Below are positions 60,868 to 64,000 of a DNA stretch of 64,000 nucleotides, one piece after another. The DNA lies in NCBI GenBank assembly GCA_004764695.1, contig SMSO01000004.1, positions 992,001 through 1,056,000 of the forward strand, given 5' to 3'. The number at the start of each line of letters is the position of its first letter. Positions within the stretch are counted from its first letter, which is position 1. The notes beneath the pieces were generated by a model, which worked only from the letters and a program-made list of their open reading frames with translations, was not told the origin of the DNA and made no database searches. This DNA is from Schizochytrium sp. TIO01. Lineage: Eukaryota; Protista; Bigyra: Labyrinthulomycetes. Made by a program: the position numbers and the translations under genes.

Positions 60868-63075
60868 ATGCATCAACAGAACCAGAACCAGAACCAGAAC
60901 CAGACAAAGATCTCCAAAACCAAAACTCGAAGAAGCCTTCAAATCGAAACTGAGCGAGGACCTATATCCGCGCAGCCAGTGAGATCCCCGACTGCTACTC
61001 ATCATCTGAAAGTAATACTCGAAGAAAAAACCTTTGATAGTTCCAGTCGTAAAAAAGGAGCAGAAACTAACCTTACAACTAACCCGGGCGAGAAAATGAA
61101 GGGACCTGTTGAAATCGTGCTTGATGGAGAATCGCTCAACTGCGAACAGCTGTACAGCCTTTCTCAACATGGCGCGCAAATCCGGCTCGCTAAGGAAGCA
61201 ATTGTTCGTGTTCGTGAGTCGCGCCTTGTAGTTGATCAGTTACTCAACAAGGGTGAAGTGGCTTACGGAATCAACACAGGCTTTGGCCTCTTTTCTGATA
61301 TTGTGATTGATGATTCCCAACTGGAAACACTTCAAGAAAACCTCATCAAGTCCCACTCCGCTGGTGTTGGCGAACCCCTCCCGTACCAGCGCACCCGAAT
61401 GCTTTTGGCCTTGCGCATCAACGTGCTTTGCCGAGGCAACTCTGGTGTGTCTGAAAAGACTCTGATGCAGATGGTTGCCGCTTTCAATGCTGGTTGCATT
61501 TCTGTTGTTCCGTCGCAAGGTACAGTTGGAGCTTCTGGTGATCTCGCCCCGCTCTCGCATCTTGCGCTCGGCCTCCTTGGTCATGGCATGATGTGGGACT
61601 CGTCCATTTTGGACTCTCCCAATGAAGTCATGCCGGAAGCAATGTCTTCACAAGCTCTGGTGGCAACCAAGCAAGGCTTTCAGGCTATCCCTCAACAGAG
61701 TGCAGCCCAGATTCTTGAGAAACACGGTCTTTCCCCAATCAAGCTTGGTGCAAAGGAGGGCCTCGCCCTAATTAACGGTACGCAAATGATTGCATCCTTG
61801 GGCGCAGAAGCCGTCGTGCGTGCTCAGAATGCACAGAACTGTGCAGATGTCATTGCTGCACTTACACTTGAGGTACTTAAGGGCACTGTGAGCGCTTTTC
61901 ACCCTCGTGTTCACGAGCGCAGGGCTCACCGTGGACAAAACACTGTCGCAGCGCGTCTTCGTGCGCTTCTACACCCAGGAGAACCATCAGAGTTGTTTTC
62001 AAGCCATAAGTACTCTGGAAAGGTTCAAGATGCATACTCGCTTCGTTGTACACCCCAAGTGCACGGCGTGGTTGCTGACACCATTCGCTTTGTAGAGTCT
62101 GTGCTAGATGTGGAGCTCAACTCTTCTACTGACAACCCAATGGTTTTCACTGGGTCTCCGAATGTTACCTCAATCGATGCTGAGGGTAACACAGTTCATG
62201 TCTGGCCGCCTAAACCGAGTATCCGCCGCGTTGGCTCGAAGAGTCTCACGCCTGAACCGAGCAACGAGCACAAGGAAAATGAAGAGCCGGAAACTTTGGA
62301 TGACGCGAAGGCAGAGATTCGCCGTCTTCGTGCACTTCTTAGTGGAGGATCTCCTGAACTTGAGGGACGTGCAGATCAAACTAACGCAGGAGTATTTAGT
62401 ACTGGTACTGGACAGTCCAACCTCAAAAGCCTTGGCGCAAAACGCGAGAGTGATACCTTTTATACAAATGCAGGCACCCAGGAAGGCTTTGTCATCTCAG
62501 GTGGTAACTTTCACGGTGAGTACCCTGCCAAGGTCCTTGATTACCTTGCAATTGGCATTAGCGAGATTGCTTCCATCAGTGAGCGCCGTATCGAACGTAT
62601 GGTAAATCCTGCTTTGAGCGGAATGCCTGCCTTTCTCGTCAAGGACGGTGGGCTGAACTCTGGATTTATGATTGCGCACTGTACTGCTGCGGCTTTGGTG
62701 TCAGAAAACAAATCTTTGTCTCACCCTGCAAGTGTTGATTCCATTTCTACCTCGGCTGCCAAGGAGGACCACGTTTCAATGGGAGGCTATGCTGCACGCA
62801 AGGCATTGCAGGTTGTGGAGAATGTTGAGCATGTGCTTGCTATCGAGCTTCTCGCAGCATGCCAAGCAATTGAATTTCATCGCCCTCTTCGCACTACGGA
62901 ACCCCTTGAGGCTATTGTTGCCCTGGTGCGGGACAACGTGTTAAGCTGGGACAAGGACCGTATCATGAACCCTGACATTGAGGTTGCTACAGCGCTTATC
63001 AAATCTGGAGCTCTCTGGCAAACAGTACAGCCTTTCCTTGCTGAATATGAGGGCACCGAGGTCGACATCTATTAA
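60868..63075 (+). CDS. HAL: Histidine ammonia-lyase (histidase); alternative start ATG 61096
   Basis: YGINTGFG; NLIKSH (His-type SH specificity pair); MIO-forming GTVGASGDLAPL; KEGLALINGT; VQDAYSLRCTPQVHG; TDNP; SGGNFHGEYPAK; SERRIER; GLNSGFMIAH; KEDHVSMG. Confidence 0.96.
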   Translation: MHQQNQNQNQNQTKISKTKTRRSLQIETERGPISAQPVRSPTATHHLKVILEEKTFDSSSRKKGAETNLTTNPGEKMKGPVEIVLDGESLNCEQLYSLSQHGAQIRLAKEAIVRVRESRLVVDQLLNKGEVAYGINTGFGLFSDIVIDDSQLETLQENLIKSHSAGVGEPLPYQRTRMLLALRINVLCRGNSGVSEKTLMQMVAAFNAGCISVVPSQGTVGASGDLAPLSHLALGLLGHGMMWDSSILDSPNEVMPEAMSSQALVATKQGFQAIPQQSAAQILEKHGLSPIKLGAKEGLALINGTQMIASLGAEAVVRAQNAQNCADVIAALTLEVLKGTVSAFHPRVHERRAHRGQNTVAARLRALLHPGEPSELFSSHKYSGKVQDAYSLRCTPQVHGVVADTIRFVESVLDVELNSSTDNPMVFTGSPNVTSIDAEGNTVHVWPPKPSIRRVGSKSLTPEPSNEHKENEEPETLDDAKAEIRRLRALLSGGSPELEGRADQTNAGVFSTGTGQSNLKSLGAKRESDTFYTNAGTQEGFVISGGNFHGEYPAKVLDYLAIGISEIASISERRIERMVNPALSGMPAFLVKDGGLNSGFMIAHCTAAALVSENKSLSHPASVDSISTSAAKEDHVSMGGYAARKALQVVENVEHVLAIELLAACQAIEFHRPLRTTEPLEAIVALVRDNVLSWDKDRIMNPDIEVATALIKSGALWQTVQPFLAEYEGTEVDIY

Positions 63076-63647
63076 GGCCAACATCATCAACATGACCGAC
63101 ATTGAAAACACCCTAGACAATTCTCAAGACTAGTTCGTTTTTTATTCTTTTCTGGTAGCGTTGTTGCTATACTCTTACGATGAGCAATCAGATCATTTCT
63201 ATTTTGATTCTTTTTTTTAATTTAAATATAACGTTATAAAAGAAATGTAAATCGTATTTCTTCTCATGCATTGATTTCAATTGCTATGTACAGTTAGTTG
63301 GCCATACATAGTCTTCTATGACAATTAAACAAGCCTTGAGTTTCTGTAGATTTCTCTGAGTTAGAAACATCTCGAAAGACATTCCAAAAAATTATCAAAA
63401 TATTTTTTCTTAAACCAAGAGTCCAAAGATGAAATGTTAAAAAGAGAGGTTCATCATGCCACATTTCCCAAAAAGTAAACTATCCATCCAACATAAGCTA
63501 CATCGTTTTTGTCATGTACCACGCAAGTTTGTTTGTATTCATTTTAAAAATTTCCTAAGCAAAGTTTTTCAGATTCGCGATATTTATGAAGACAGAAGAG
63601 TAATGCTTCTTCCCCCCAAATCGCATAAGAGACTGTATCTTTTGTTT

Positions 63648-64000
63648 CTAAGACTGATTTGGTTGAATCACTCCTAGGGCTTTACGAGTTGGTTCTTCTG
63701 AGGTCGGGGACCTCCCAGCAGTGTCAGCGGGAGTCTTGTGTTTACGCCACTGGGCCAATCGTGCTTCCATTGAGTTTTCCTTGGTTGAATTTGCAGAATT
63801 TACGTTTCGTGACGAAAGTGAGGGTCCTCCGTTTAGAGGTTTTCTTGGCTCAACTCGCTGCTTGTGTAGTAGAGATTTACCAAGCCTGGTGCCTGCTTCT
63901 TTGGTCTTGGTAATATTGTGATTGCTCGGAGCACTAGAAGAGTGCGTCACAGAGCTCTTCTTTCCGGGGTACAGAGGAGCACGTGGTGCTGTGGAAGAAC
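63648..64000 (-). CDS. 3' end of a gene entering from beyond the window; disordered basic C-terminus with KEN-box and D-box-like motifs
   Basis: The frame is open from the window edge (SSTAPRAPLYPGKKSSVTHSS...) to TAG at 63648. It is followed by an AT-rich tract shared with the convergent HAL 3' end. Confidence 0.65.
   Translation of the reverse strand, partial: SSTAPRAPLYPGKKSSVTHSSSAPSNHNITKTKEAGTRLGKSLLHKQRVEPRKPLNGGPSLSSRNVNSANSTKENSMEARLAQWRKHKTPADTAGRSPTSEEPTRKALGVIQPNQS

Noticed and set aside
62149-62493. Intein or self-splicing intron in HAL
   Set aside because: No Cys/Ser-start and His-Asn-end intein blocks, no homing endonuclease motif and no recognisable group I/II elements.

Overview
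Eukaryotic nuclear DNA with few GT-AG introns and dense microsatellites; its composition and gene style suggest a thraustochytrid/labyrinthulomycete stramenopile (inference only). Eight apparently intact protein genes: SARNP/THO1-like SAP protein, a TPR-like hypothetical, a Pro/Gly-repeat + C2 + six-EF-hand protein, a TLC-domain membrane protein (1 intron), 5-oxoprolinase (1 intron), an ankyrin-repeat protein, a four-repeat Myb factor and histidine ammonia-lyase. There is also the 3' end of a ninth gene carrying KEN and D-box motifs, and a decayed kinase pseudogene. Two gene-free tracts of about 16 kb and 17.7 kb lie between divergent gene pairs. The most notable observation is at the ankyrin gene: an in-frame upstream ATG (36795) reads MSNRKEDLPKST-[TGA]-SSCGAAQ... 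into the ORF, so a single in-frame UGA sits in a UxxC motif. This is a candidate selenoprotein or recoded gene, but I could not find a canonical SECIS by eye. No tRNA, rRNA, CRISPR array or intact transposon was recognised.
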